A DNA stretch of 64,000 nt, taken from NCBI GenBank assembly GCA_051362555.1, contig CM120640.1, positions 27,428,503 to 27,492,502 on the forward strand, given 5' to 3'. Under the pieces are notes generated by a model, which worked only from the letters and a program-made list of their open reading frames with translations, made no database searches and was not told the DNA's origin. Below, one piece after another: positions 26,901 through 52,554 of this stretch. Source of the DNA: Lingula anatina. Its lineage: Eukaryota > Animalia > Brachiopoda. The position numbers were made by a program, and so were the translations under genes. Position 1 is the stretch's first letter. The number at the start of each line of letters is the position of its first letter.

Positions 26901-27875
26901 CTTCAACAATGATTTACTCCTGCACATTTTGTGAAGATGAATACAACAAAAATTACATGTGAACCTTATTGGCATCAAGTCTTGTTCACACATACAAAAA
27001 AGACATCTTCCAACTTGAAATCATGGGCACAAATGATCCATTAGCATACTAAATTTCAGTTATATACACACTGAATATACAAAAAAAGTGCCTTTAATCT
27101 ATAGCTTACATATGAATAATAATATACACCTTGCATGCCTGCTCTACAAAATATGCTTCAAAATATTGCTTAAATTTTTTACTAACTCAACCTTTTTTGG
27201 GTATAGACTTACTGTCTAATCATACATCGGTTACTGTCCAAAACTTATTTCTTTGCTGATCAACAAAGTTTAAAAATACTGGACAACTGTCTTTGGCATT
27301 GATATATATGACAACTATCAGCAGCTACCTGTTGCAAGTACTTGACAAAAATGGTAACGACGAGACAACACAGTATTTACCCATACTATTTCAATATTTC
27401 ACTTGTATATTTTAAGCTGCCTCCAAATTACACACATAAAAAATAAGTCCCCTTGCAACCTATAACAGCAAAAAGAATACCTGAGAATGTTTTAAGAGAC
27501 TGCCACAGTAATAGAACATACTGTCCATGAATGTGCTATGTGCAGGTCAGATTTCTGATATAGGTTGCAAAGGGTTAATTTGCCATAAAGGTGTCTATTT
27601 TCCATCTCTGCCTTAATTTCTGACTAGAATATTAATACCGTCCCATCAGCAGCCTGTTCTTGGCAAGGATTATTCTATTTTGGAACTTTTTTGCTTTGTG
27701 AAAATGAACACAATTGCTTTTCCCCTAATTGCTGATTCTTGGACAATACAATGTAAATATAAATAAATAAAATAAACAAAACGTTCCCCAGTTTGGGCCA
27801 TTCCACAAACAATTTTTTTTATAATTAAAAAAAAAATCAATAATTAGAAGAGTCCAGTCAATATTACAAGTCTGA

Positions 27876-29090
27876 CTAGCATGGCACATGCTGACTGCAA
27901 GCCGGGCACATCACAGGAAATGAGGACTGTGAGGGAACATAGTTATTGTAGCCATAGTAGTTTGTGTATGGTCCATAGAATACTTGGTCAACAATCAGAT
28001 CATTCTGCATATCAAACTGCTGCATCTGAATGTGCTTGTTCCGCGCCTTGCGTTCTTGATTCACCAGCACTTCGTATGCCATTTGCTGAATAAGGTTCAA
28101 GGTCTGCCGACGTTCATGACCCATCAAGCAAATAGTACTTTCATCAATGACTTTATACAATTTTTGCAAGTATTCATACTGCATTGTATCATCTCCATTG
28201 AAGTGATTGGTCAAATAGTTTGCTAGTTTCTGTTCTTGTTGGGTTATGTCACTGAAATCGATAAAAAATCGTGAACACATATACCGCTGCATGGCACCAA
28301 CTTCTTCCATTTTTGCAGGTCTATAACCTCGAACTTGAAGAAAGCAATACTTCATCAGGCCCCCACCACGGATCTCCTCAGGCTTATTGGTAGCAATGAG
28401 CTTCTTGTTTAAGTGGTACAAAGCTTCATTGAAGTTACCATACACACTCTCTGCAATGACTGTTGGGTAGAAATTCTCACTCATGCCAACCTCCTCCCCT
28501 GACGTGGATGAGATCTCGTAGAATTTGAGCAGACTATCCAAATATATCTGGAATGAATCTACACTGAACTCGTACTGTCTTTTCATAGTGTCTACGAATT
28601 TGAGCTCAACATTCTTGCCCTTGTTGTTTGATAATGATATCAAACTCCAGCGGTCGGAATGATTGCACACTTTCACCATTTTCTGAACATAAGCCTCTTT
28701 TAGACTACAAGTACTCATCTTCTCTTTATTCACACCCTCTGGCAAGAAATCCAACAGACAGTCCAAAACCGCATGTTTAGTTTTCTGCATGTCGTTCGTC
28801 GTCCCCATGTCGACACCAAATATCAGATCCAAATCGCTGTATATTTGACCGTTCTCAGATCTCCCGATCACGTAACTAGCAGCACCTCCGTTCAGACGGA
28901 TATCCCTGATATGAACTCCATCAGCTTTAAGTTTGTCCCGCACCATTTTTACGAGATCTTTCAACTTGATATCAAGTGTAGGAAAGTTACCTCGGCCATG
29001 GATGGGTATCTCGTTTTCCATCACCTCGTTCAAACGCCGAAGTTGCTCAAAAAACAGGACCGCCTGGCTGCTGGACACTTCCGAAGCCAT
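27876..29090 (-). CDS. TENT5: Terminal nucleotidyltransferase 5 (FAM46 family) non-canonical cytoplasmic poly(A) polymerase, 404 aa, single coding exon
   Basis: Uninterrupted ATG-TAG ORF with FAM46 hallmarks [18 protein letters not shown] (G[GS] motif), DLDLIF (DxD), KNVELKFVD (third carboxylate), [34 protein letters not shown] and [11 protein letters not shown]. Catalytic residues are intact. Confidence 0.97.
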   Translation of the reverse strand: MASEVSSSQAVLFFEQLRRLNEVMENEIPIHGRGNFPTLDIKLKDLVKMVRDKLKADGVHIRDIRLNGGAASYVIGRSENGQIYSDLDLIFGVDMGTTNDMQKTKHAVLDCLLDFLPEGVNKEKMSTCSLKEAYVQKMVKVCNHSDRWSLISLSNNKGKNVELKFVDTMKRQYEFSVDSFQIYLDSLLKFYEISSTSGEEVGMSENFYPTVIAESVYGNFNEALYHLNKKLIATNKPEEIRGGGLMKYCFLQVRGYRPAKMEEVGAMQRYMCSRFFIDFSDITQQEQKLANYLTNHFNGDDTMQYEYLQKLYKVIDESTICLMGHERRQTLNLIQQMAYEVLVNQERKARNKHIQMQQFDMQNDLIVDQVFYGPYTNYYGYNNYVPSQSSFPVMCPACSQHVPC

Positions 29091-32000
29091 GGTCAGTCCT
29101 TGAATGGATGGGGGTTTACTCTGAAAATGAATGACAATGTCAATATCAGGAAAAATTCGGAGCCAGAACGAACAGCTGTCAAACGCTACCCATCCCTCGC
29201 ATAAAACTACCGACTTTGCCGTCCTTGGAATAATTGACTTTTTGCCTATACACAGATCAATCCGCGCTCACTGACAGATAACGAACTGATGAAAAATTAT
29301 AAAGTTTATAAGATTGAACATACCAAATGTGCCCACAGGTTGTTAGGTCCTACTTATTACTCCGTTAATGCCAAGGAATTTTAAGATCTCAGCTGTACAC
29401 CCGTGACTATATTTTATCGCGCATGAACCTAGGTATCACTAAAGTGATGCGGCTAGATAACACGACACTAGCGACACTTCTGGCCAATATTGCACAATTT
29501 GCGTGAAAGTCCGACTAAAATCAATACAGTAGCTTGGTAACAATATTGACCCTTTAATTACTGACGTCAAATAGGACAGTGATTTATAATAATTTCACAG
29601 TGTTCATTTAAGCATCTACCTCATGTGATTCCTTGAAATGGTATTTTAACACAAGGAATTAGACCCCTGTGGTCGGTATATACAGTATGTTTCGATAAAC
29701 GGGCTTTTCATAACAAGGCAGTAACGAAACGACGCGGCCTTATTATATTCACGATAAGAATGACGTTAAAAAGTTCCCCCACTTAACTTACATATGGCAC
29801 GTTTCTGTTTGAATTCATTGGAAAAAATTACTGCCGGTAGACAACCATGCAGTTCCTACTGGGGTATAAAGCTCATTTCATTTTCTAATCGAGTTTTAAT
29901 TTCTGAACAGAAAAATACATAGGTGTTGGAATTCAACTTTAAATAAATAATCTTTATATCATATTTTATATCATTTTATATAAAAATAGGCGTCAGCAGT
30001 TAGTTCTTTTAGGTTCAAAAAGCTTAGTAACATCGGTCCATTACGACTTAAACATGTTGGAAACCCATTATATTGTGCAGTCTTTTGATCTCTTGGCACC
30101 GATGCAGAGACGGGTGAAATCCAAAACACCTGTTGCTTCCACAATCTGTCATGAGATAAGTTAGCATGTTTCAGAAATATCCCACACTAAAAAAAGTTGA
30201 ATATATGTGCACTCAGTGTGCTGGACATTTTTTCGAAATTCAAAATAAAATGATTTAATTGACACGCGGCAAGATATATCGCAAACCCAAAGTAAATCCC
30301 AATTTGAAGTACAGTGCCTCTGTCAGAATTCGGGCCAATTTTCGTAGCTCGAACTCAGTTCAAGTGGAGTCTGCCTCTGAAATGCACAGCCCACTTACCT
30401 GGCAAAGAAAGTATGCTGTTCACACAAAAGCCTCTATATGAAATGACACAATCGTCCAAGTACAGGCAATAAATGTCGGATAGAGCCAGCAAGCTTAGGG
30501 TAGGGTGTCCGAGATGCACTAGATGCAGAATGTTCCTCTGTGAAGTCACAAGTGTTCTTTTGAGTACATACCATACAATATGTTCAAATGCGAGCGCCCT
30601 CTTTAGTTGCTCCTTACATATTAAGGATGACGCTGTGAAAGTCCTGCCGTCTGGACAAATATCTGCAATATAATTGGTCGCCTTTCTTTCCGCCGCGCAA
30701 TATATTGATTTTTCAAGAACTATCTTACGCACACACTTGTTCTTCAATGAATGAAACGTCACATTTACGTCAGTCAATTATTTAGCGGCATGTTATAACT
30801 GAGCCGTCCAGCTCTCAGCAACGAAATGAAATGCCACAAAGTGACAATATCTCATTTGTAGATCTAAAAAAAGATCGGTTTGGATAGAGGTGCTTTAATA
30901 GTTCTATTCTCGGTTGTCATAGGCCTGTCCAAACTGCTCGATTACTTCCTTACCATATTGTAAGGTTGAGTAACAGAATACATATTTTGTGAAATAGTGG
31001 CGCGTCGACATCTCTGAGAAGGGAGCAATAGATAACTGTAGACAGAACCTAGGGCGGAATGCGGGTTACGGTTATGCTTATTCAAGCACATATTTCTGGT
31101 CATTCCCCTGGTGTCCGTGGAAATAAGCATGGCTACAGACAAGACTGCTGGGAGCTGCGGGTCGCAATGAGTTATTTCTCATTCGATGATTTCAATATCA
31201 TTCGCGCATATCTCGCTTTCCCTTTTTCTACTTGTATCACTCACATATAACTGAGTTTAATAACTGAGTTTATAAAAGTCAGTATTTAATCTAGAAGAGA
31301 TATCTTTTTAATCAAAATGTTTTTCACGATATCGCCTTTTCCTAATTAAATCCAGGAAATGCCTTATTTTGTGAGCTAGGATTTATACCTATAAATATGA
31401 GAACGAAGGGGCAGTAATTGGTCAGAGGACAGAATAATAATCATTCTAATACGATGTACATCGTGAATTGCGCTTAGCGCTAAATATTGAAACCTCTGTA
31501 GTTTCAACTTCCCTCTCTGACGTGGGTGAAATCGATTTTCGTCAATTGTTCATAGAGAAACAGAATTAATAACCTACAGGATGATTTGCGTACCACGCAC
31601 TAAAAACGATCGATATGGGACTTCCACATCAAAACAATTGCCGGTTGGGGCAGGTTTCCCCTTGACATTAGGGAAAGCATAAAAAATAACTATTCAAACG
31701 TAATTATTTTCATTTAGATGTGACCGGAGATGAATCTCAACTCCAAAAGTAAAAATAAACCAATGTAATAGGCCGAACGTGATGAAAATTAAATATTACC
31801 TTTGGAAAAGAAATGCTTTGCATTTCCTTGTTGTAATCAGTCGTGCATTATATACTATTGCATTCCGTTTATTATTTTAACTAATGACGGATTTCTTTCG
31901 TTTGGTGAACACAGAAACAATTTTACACGGATAATTCAGAGAAAAAATTACTTATAAAACTTGTGACGGAAAATATTTATATTAATATCTGAGATAGTAA

Positions 32001-32504
32001 CATGATACCCAAAGGCAATCGAAATACATGTATCAACACTTTCTTTAAAAGTGATTTTATATGATCTTCTTGAGCACAGTTCAAAATAAAGGATAAACGT
32101 TCGGATTTTCAAATGGTCACTCGCCTCTTCAAGAAGGCGGTTGTCAATTAAAAACAACTTCAAATTTCTAGATATACTTAGGACCTACGACTTTGCTATT
32201 GGAAAGAGAGGACGTCAAATGGCATGAAAATTAATACCGTCATTTTTTATTTAGTAATATTGGTATGTAACCCGGAGAAATATATAATATAGCTGAATGT
32301 CTTGAAGACTACTTTCTGCTACTACTAGTCTATTTTTGCCATTTTCAAACCTTGTTTAAGAAAAGGAAAATATAGATTTACCTTTGGAGATTCCTCGCAT
32401 TTCCATTGATTTAATTTTAGCATTCCTTTTTCGTTCAGTGGCATTTACCACAAAAACATTGTGTAAGAACGGGGAAATATAGCATTTAGCCTTATGTCAA
32501 CTTC

Positions 32505-32514
32505 GGAAATTCCC
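32505..32514 (-). promoter_or_regulatory. Canonical NF-kB/Rel site (GGGAATTTCC on - strand) upstream of TENT5
   Basis: GGAAATTCCC on + at 32505-32514, with an identical 10-mer at 36600-36609. Motif match only. Confidence 0.4.
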
Positions 32515-33648
32515 TTCACTTTACTTTCACCATCTTCCCCGATACTATGGAACACGTAATTTGCTTATTATTTACGGGATAATATATCGGTCTCAAAAGT
32601 TCTTTTTAACCTGGGGGAAATCGCCTTTGTGATTTGATGATCGAGACTACTAGCGACAGTTGGTTACCCGCCACGGGAAAATCTCACTGATTATCGGAAC
32701 CTTATTTAGCTCCTGTGGCGAACAATAATGAAGAGTAGAACAATAATGAGGTCTCTTGTGAGTCACCGTTATATGTATTTATGTTGCAACGGTTTCCAGG
32801 ATTCACCATTTGTGCGTAGGCTGCGGATTGTCAGTCTCCCAGAATCGTCAAATTTGCACTGCCATAGTGTAGGGCCTATACATTTTGATTCAATATGGGT
32901 TACTTTCCAAGTGTTTTCACATCATCTTTATACACAAATTTTATAATTGTACGCTATTCACTTACTATTAAATATCTATATATCTTTTCATTGAATAATT
33001 TACATACATGTATCTGTCATTCAGTGCGAGATTTTCATTCTGAAGAACCCGTCATATTCCACGTCAACTAGTTCGCGCTTATCGCGATTTATGTTGTGCA
33101 TCTTTCTGCTCGGCGAAACGTAATAAAGAGTTTGTTTATCACTGAAAAAGCGCCGCTGTGGGCACTTTCTAAATCCATATTTAAGTAAATTTTACAAGAA
33201 GAAGTGCCGTAGCTGGACTTAAAATGGTAAACTCAGAAGTTTTCTCTGTAAAGGATATGCACACTGGACTACCATATAGAAGAAAAAGTGCACTGTTAAA
33301 TTTAAATCTCGTTTATCCCTAAACACCGAAAAGTAAATAACAGTGCTGATTAAAATATCAAACTTGCATTTAAACCGATACCAAACTTAGCTGAACACAC
33401 AAAGTGTCTATTTTTAAACAGTCAATATCGATTTCGGCAAATTTATCACCGACCTTCTATAAGCGACGTGTTAGGATATGTCACATCCACATAGATAACC
33501 TTTGGTATTGATGGTGTATTTTTAGTGACAAGTCTGTACTTGTTTCTAACCCTGGGGAATATTACGGAGTGTCGTACGTGAGATAGTGATTTCCACGCGT
33601 CGTGGTTGACCAGTCTTAAAATAAATGTAAGAAATATATACATCCACT

Positions 33649-33929
33649 CAGGGGCGGGTCCAGGATTATTTTAAGGGGGGGGGGGGGGGGGGGGTTAGGA
33701 ATGACAAGCATCAAATGCGAAGCCAACCCTCGCCCCCTTGGCATGGGGGTTGGCATTGGTGTTTTGGGGGGCAAACACTGCCATTTGGTACGGTTTAGAA
33801 CTGATTCAGCTAGTCAAAATTCTAATTTCAAGAGGGGAATATCGGTGTTTTTTTCATAAACCAAAGGGGGTGGGGTCAGCCCCCCCCCCCCCCCCCCCCC
33901 CCGGACTCCTCTCCCTAAATCCGCCACTG
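33649..33929. mobile_element. CAGGGGCGG-ended MITE (hAT-like) with poly-G/poly-C tracts
   Basis: Ends CAGGGGCGGGTCCAGG / CCTAAATCCGCCACTG. Flanks TCCACT / TCCACC suggest a 6-bp TSD with one mismatch. Confidence 0.75.
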
Positions 33930-36900
33930 TCCACCATCAAGTTAAATGTAATGAAACGCATGAAATCTAGCAAGACATTTAAGTCTTCATAAAAATCAAA
34001 AAGTGTTACATCCCTGTTAACCATTTGGTGACACCTCTGCCTGAAGATTTCTGGCATGTTTTTAAGACTTCATAATAGAAAAACAAGTGTTAAATGGATG
34101 GAAAGTCGCCGCCTAAGTTTATGTACGTGCTGTGACGTCACGAGTACGTCGCCAAGTGCTGCAACGAACCCGTTAAACGTCAAATAAAGATGTGTTAAGG
34201 GTACATATGTACGTATTACCCTCACCCTTCCCATACACTTTTATGACTTCTCAAACGGGTTTCAGCAAACGGACCAAGACGTCTTAGATAAGCACCCAAG
34301 AACTACAACGGTTGAAGGACTAATGGTTTTTCAAACGTATAGATTGAAAAACATCTTTTTATAAACGTCAATTGGCCGAGTTTGGGGTATATTCAGGCCA
34401 CAACGCATCGTTTTCTGGGTGCATTATTCCAAAACTTAGATCTAACAAGAATATCTAGGTATATCAAAAGCGTCTTACAGACGTTAGACCTCTACACGAA
34501 CGTATTCCATACCAGAAGACGTCAAAGATGTCACAGTTACCAGAACATAGTCGACAGGGTAGTAATATTACGTTCATGCCGCAGCATGATCTCTTCTCAC
34601 ATCTCCAAACATACATGTATCATGTTTACAGCGTTGGACTTTTTCAGATCGATCAACCCGAGAAACCCTGACAGTATTAAATCGGTACAATGCCGGCATA
34701 AGATAAACAACCAATATCGTCTCTTGAACAAATAGATACAAATAAAGCTCAATGTTTGTCTATACCATTAGTCCTCCTCACCTCTGAAAACTAAAATAAT
34801 TCCATCATGACAATATGTATTTCATGTGCCAACAATTTTCACTGCTTTTGCCTTACGGATTTGCGGGTAACTTGGACACAAGGATTATGGAAAGATTACA
34901 CAAACATACAGGAGATGTACGTTTCTAAATTTTTTTATCCTATTTTTACAAAATGGAAGGCAAATATAATTTTAAAGGGATTTTGTCAAGTCTGCATTCT
35001 CCTTTTCTAAGAAAACTCATATCTGCATCTCGAATAGGAAATGTAATTGACATTTACTCAGTCGTCTCATATTGGCACTGTTAAAAAGGCATTTTGGAAC
35101 ACTTAAAATATGAGCCCTTCCGTGCATCGTTTTCTTTAAGGACCAAATCCTGTTTTTATTTACATATCAATTTTGTAAGTAAACAAGTGCTTCGTCAGAT
35201 GATTGTTGGAAAATATACACATAATCCAAAGATTTATTAGATAATTGATTACTATGCTTGTTATGCACAATAACAACTCCCCAAAAATTCTCAAATTTCC
35301 GACAAAATCAAGAAAACATCAAGAAAACGTTTAAGATGCGACAGTTTCTTCGTCCGGTGTTTTCCCAGCTACAGTCACTTTCTTCTCTTTAACCAACTAA
35401 CTAAGGCCCATATCCGAAAGATAGCAAATCCAATCCCAAGTTGCTGGAGAAGAAAAAAAATTGCCAATCAATAGTTTTCACGGTAAGTATTTATTTATAG
35501 TAACTGCCCGAAGACTGATCAACAACGTGATAGCTTTGACCTAGTGCTGTTTACGTCAACATGTCCATCCCAGAACATTATTCAGTCCTCACAGTTAATA
35601 AGTTAATCTCAACCACTTAGTTTTGTGTCAGTCAACAATACCGGGAGCACTTAATCTGAACTCAATATTCAATATGATTTTCTCATATGACAGGTCCCCA
35701 AAATAAAGTCTTGTGGAAAACATGTTCATGCTGTTGGTGAAAAAATACCGTGGGTTGTGAGGGATGGTGTCACGATCTAGTGGTAAATTGCAGCACGCAA
35801 TGAGTGGGCGTCTCGCCGGGAATTGACACCTGCACCAAAGAGACGTCATTGCAATTATGTGACACAATAGTTAACAGGACAGCTAAAGCAAGTGACAGGA
35901 CGGAGAGCGACTTGAACTGGTTGTGTACGAAAAGAAGAGATCGAAATACTTTTAGTGGTAGCCGAGATTGCATTAAACAGTTTCTTCATCTACTTTCCAT
36001 TAATTTTTAAAAGGGATTTTTTAAAAGTCTCTGCAATACGAGAAGTCACACTGCACTAAAAGCCATTGCATATCAATAAGATAGATGGTTTACCTATTAA
36101 CCCCCCCCCCCCCCCCCCCCCAATACATGAAGTTAGCTTAACTCAACAAAATCACCAGGACGAACGCACAATTAGTATTTCAACCAAAAAACTTAATATT
36201 GAAAAAGATTTAATTTGGTTATCACTCAAAAAGGTAGTTTCTGGCCAATCTTAACATTCATTATAAACTACATATGGGGACTGAGTTATGAAACCCCATT
36301 CATATGAAATCACAAAACTACTGCTGTAAACAAAAACTGTGATAGCAGTGTCATTTCAGACCAAATATTTGTTTCCAAAAATAATATACAACATATCTCA
36401 GTTACACCGTAGTCCTTAGCTGTTCTTCACAAAGAAGTCAATTTGAGTCTGAACTATCGCTCCCTTTATCTTTCTAAAACAATATTTATTCTAGGTCTAC
36501 TTACACAGTAACAGTCGGACATTTATCTGACTAGAAAAGCACTGCTTGTCATTACTGATATGCTTATCTTAAAAGTAGTTCCCACAGGTGGATGAGCCTG
36601 GAAATTCCCAACTTGTCATTGCTGAATTTAGAATAGGCTTGGTTCTATTTATGAATGATAAAAACTGTTCAACACACACACACACACATCTTAGTTGTCC
36701 TATTTCTTGATACTTTTGTCTGAGCTCATTTGGCTTTCTAAATCCTTCACATTCATTCAGCCAATTATTTTTCATTCAAACTGATGAATGTATGCCAAAA
36801 ACAGAAACGGGTAAGTGGAATTGAATTTTTACTGGAAGGGGAGATGGGGTGTCAGGGTGGCAGGGTTAGTGTCCTAAATCAAATTCAGGACTTTATCATT

Positions 36901-36977
36901 TGTGATTTTCAGTTTGGCCTCATTCGTTGATAACCAAGGGAAGAAATAGTGCAGTCATTACAAGTAATATCAATATT

Positions 36978-36980
<3 letters not shown>

Positions 36981-37017
<37 letters not shown>
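36981..37017. repeat. (GT)n microsatellite
   Basis: About 18 GT units. Confidence 0.95.
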
Positions 37018-37018
<1 letters not shown>

Positions 37019-38163
37019 TTAATACGGGATCTGCAAGAAAGCTTGAAAATTTATTTTTAATTTTTGTCCATTAGCTGGTTATGCTGATTTGCCTATACTT
37101 TATCAGTTTCAAAACATTTTCTCTTCACCACCATGACAAAAATAGATCCTGTGAGCAAATAAACTTTCCAAACCATAAAACATTGTTTTAGGCAGTACAA
37201 TTCCAAGCAGTTGCAGTAAGCACAGAAAGAAGTATCCAGCATCAGCAGGCATGTAGTAATATGTAACCCCCCAGTAGTTTACATCTGGAAATTAATAGAA
37301 TAGGGAAGTCAGGGAAGCTTCTGGAAGTTTCTACAGATTACCATGATCTAACAAATTCTAGAATGTTCTCTTGATTATCACAAGGCACAATTATCAGGAC
37401 CATTTAACTTCATTTCACATAACATGTCATAAAAGGAGACACAACTGCAGAGGGTACAACTAGTACTTAAGGGACTAAAAATCCTGTGTAAAGTTAACTC
37501 ATAGGTTATAGTGTGCTTTAATCATAAAGATTTTCTGTTACTTGTTGACAATAGAAGCACTTTGCAGTTATTACTCCATGTGTTGATGCATATAAATGTA
37601 CAAATTAAATATTGTTTTCTTCAACTGCTTTTACCATTGCCATTAAAACCTGTCTTAAATGCTGGTTATTATATAAATGACATCTGGTTTATCTGAACCA
37701 GCATTTTTAGTCATGAAATAGTACATAATCTCAAGCAGATGCATCTGTAAGTATTCATACAAATATTTATATATCAATCAGTTTCCACTTTTTTATTTTA
37801 ATACAGCTGTATGAACTATTTTGAAGCTTTTCATACTCATTATTCAGACTGAGATTCCTCTAATCACTTTAAAGTTTTCAAGGTAGCTGACACATACAAG
37901 CAGCAATTGAAAACATAGGTAATATGAAGTTTTTTTATGCTACCATGCCAGGCTTAAATTGGCATGTCTAAAATAGCATCCATGACAACTATTCAAGATT
38001 GACCGCTTAAAAATGAATTATGTTTTGTTGTTGTCTTTTTCATTTGTTGAAAAATTGTCAACAGGCTAAAATAATGCAACTGTAGCCAGTCTAGTATGAA
38101 AAAATGTATTCACTGACAAACAGGAAGGTTGGACTTCTGGTTACCTACGGCACAATCGATATT

Positions 38164-50923
<12,760 letters not shown>

Positions 50924-51072
50924 TGTGGAATCACAGGATTAAAGGGAGAAAACCTTACGTGTCAGAACACGTTCCGGTCTTTTATAGACTCACAAAGTCC
51001 ATAGCTGGTTTAGCCAGATTGACATTAACTGACAAAAACTGATTTCTCCACCTGTAGCGATTCATAACATGT

Positions 51073-51110
51073 GCGCCAAAGTGATCCAGTTAGTGCACGC
51101 TAGATGGCGT
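51073..51110. promoter_or_regulatory. ORC3 promoter motifs: E2F site (TTTGGCGC, - strand, 51073-51080) and CTCF/YY1-like ACGCTAGATGGCGT (51097-51110)
   Basis: Exact TTTSSCGC match ~150 bp upstream of the ORC3 ATG in a locally CpG-containing patch. Motif-level evidence only. Confidence 0.5.
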
Positions 51111-51669
51111 TGGAATCAAGGCAAGATAAGAAACTTGGTGGACTTTGTGTTGAATAGATTGTGCTTGATGTGATCGTTTGTGACTGGCATGTCATATTGA
51201 TAGGCAACGTTTTAAAGACCACATAAAACGATTTAAGAATACCACTCTAGGCTACGAAATTCATATATACCCCTTAGAGTACTGTAATGACTTTTTAATT
51301 TAATTTAGTATAAATTATAATTATTATTATTAAATTTATGTTTATTGGTTCATTTGTTTATTTATTTGCACTTTGGTGAACTAGTGTGGTATTCCTTAGT
51401 GATTTTGCATGGTTTTAAGATTCAGTAACTGATCAAGATGCCAGCCAAGCGTGAGCATGACTGGTCAGTTAATTCAGTTTATTTTAGGTGAACCTGGTTT
51501 GATACGGTCTCGGGACTTACTATTCTTTTTTTATTTCATTTGCTTTTAATTTGTATACCTTTAGACCTGGGTGGGTAACAATGTCCAATGTGGACACAGT
51601 TCAAGTAAGAAACTAAGAGTACGATTTGGAAAAGAAAGCAAAATAGGAGTTTCAGAAAAAATAAAGGCA

Positions 51670-51671
<2 letters not shown>

Positions 51672-51699
<28 letters not shown>
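51672..51699. repeat. (AG)n microsatellite
   Basis: About 14 AG units. Confidence 0.9.
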
Positions 51700-51700
<1 letters not shown>

Positions 51701-52554
51701 AAATGATTTTAGATTCAGATTTTGGTTAGTGTCAGTAGAAAAAGGAAATTGCTGCTCTTACTAGACCTCTGAAATGCAAAAAAAAAAAAAAAAAAAAAAT
51801 GCCTTGAATGTCAAGAAATATAATAAAAACAACAATACAGTTGGGTTTTGATACTACTTTTATTAATGAACCACGCCAGCAAATTATCCCTCCATTATGG
51901 TTTTCCTTCATAAAACCTTTTAATCTTTAATATTAAAAAAAACTTAACAATTCAGGTTCCATCTGATGAAAATACTGCAGAGGGCTCCTTCTTTAAATTA
52001 ATTGACTATGATCTAGTGTGGTCCCTTAATTTATAAATGATTTATGAATGTGTTTATAAGTAGTAATATATATTTACTTATTTGGCACACTTTTTTAGTA
52101 AAAATCAAAATCTACCCTACTATATCATATTATTTATTTTCGTTTTTTTACTCATACTGTTTACTTTATGTACAGTATTTATAAATTTATTCACTTTCCA
52201 ACTTACCCTTACTAAACCGGACTTCAAAAACCTTATCAATCATATTACAAATGTGGTGAAATGCAGGCGATATATACAGCCTCTTAATTCAGTTTATATA
52301 ACCCATTTATATACAAGTGTGTAAAATATGGCAGTTACTCAACTATCATAAGTTAGTAATATGTACTGGATTAAGGTAGATATCTATCTATGAATACTTT
52401 ATTGGTATATTATAATTCCATCCCGAGTCAGATAAAGGCAAAAGTGTGCAAATTTAGGTTCATTTGGATATAACAAAACTCCAACACTGAAAAGACTAAT
52501 GGAGGGCAGTGTTTCATCAGATAATACCAATCTTTAAGCATTCTATAACTGGAT

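Noticed and set aside
28773-29204. 143-aa + strand ORF
   Set aside because: It is the antisense shadow of the TENT5 coding sequence.
30355-30777. 140-aa - strand ORF upstream of TENT5
   Set aside because: It has a TTG start and no recognisable domain. Splicing from the 30399 donor to 29120 gives an immediate stop in this frame, so it is more likely 5' UTR.
35483-36816. Two + strand GTAAGT donor-like sites hinting at a divergent lncRNA
   Set aside because: Hexamer matches are expected by chance, and no supporting acceptor or exon structure could be established without transcript data.
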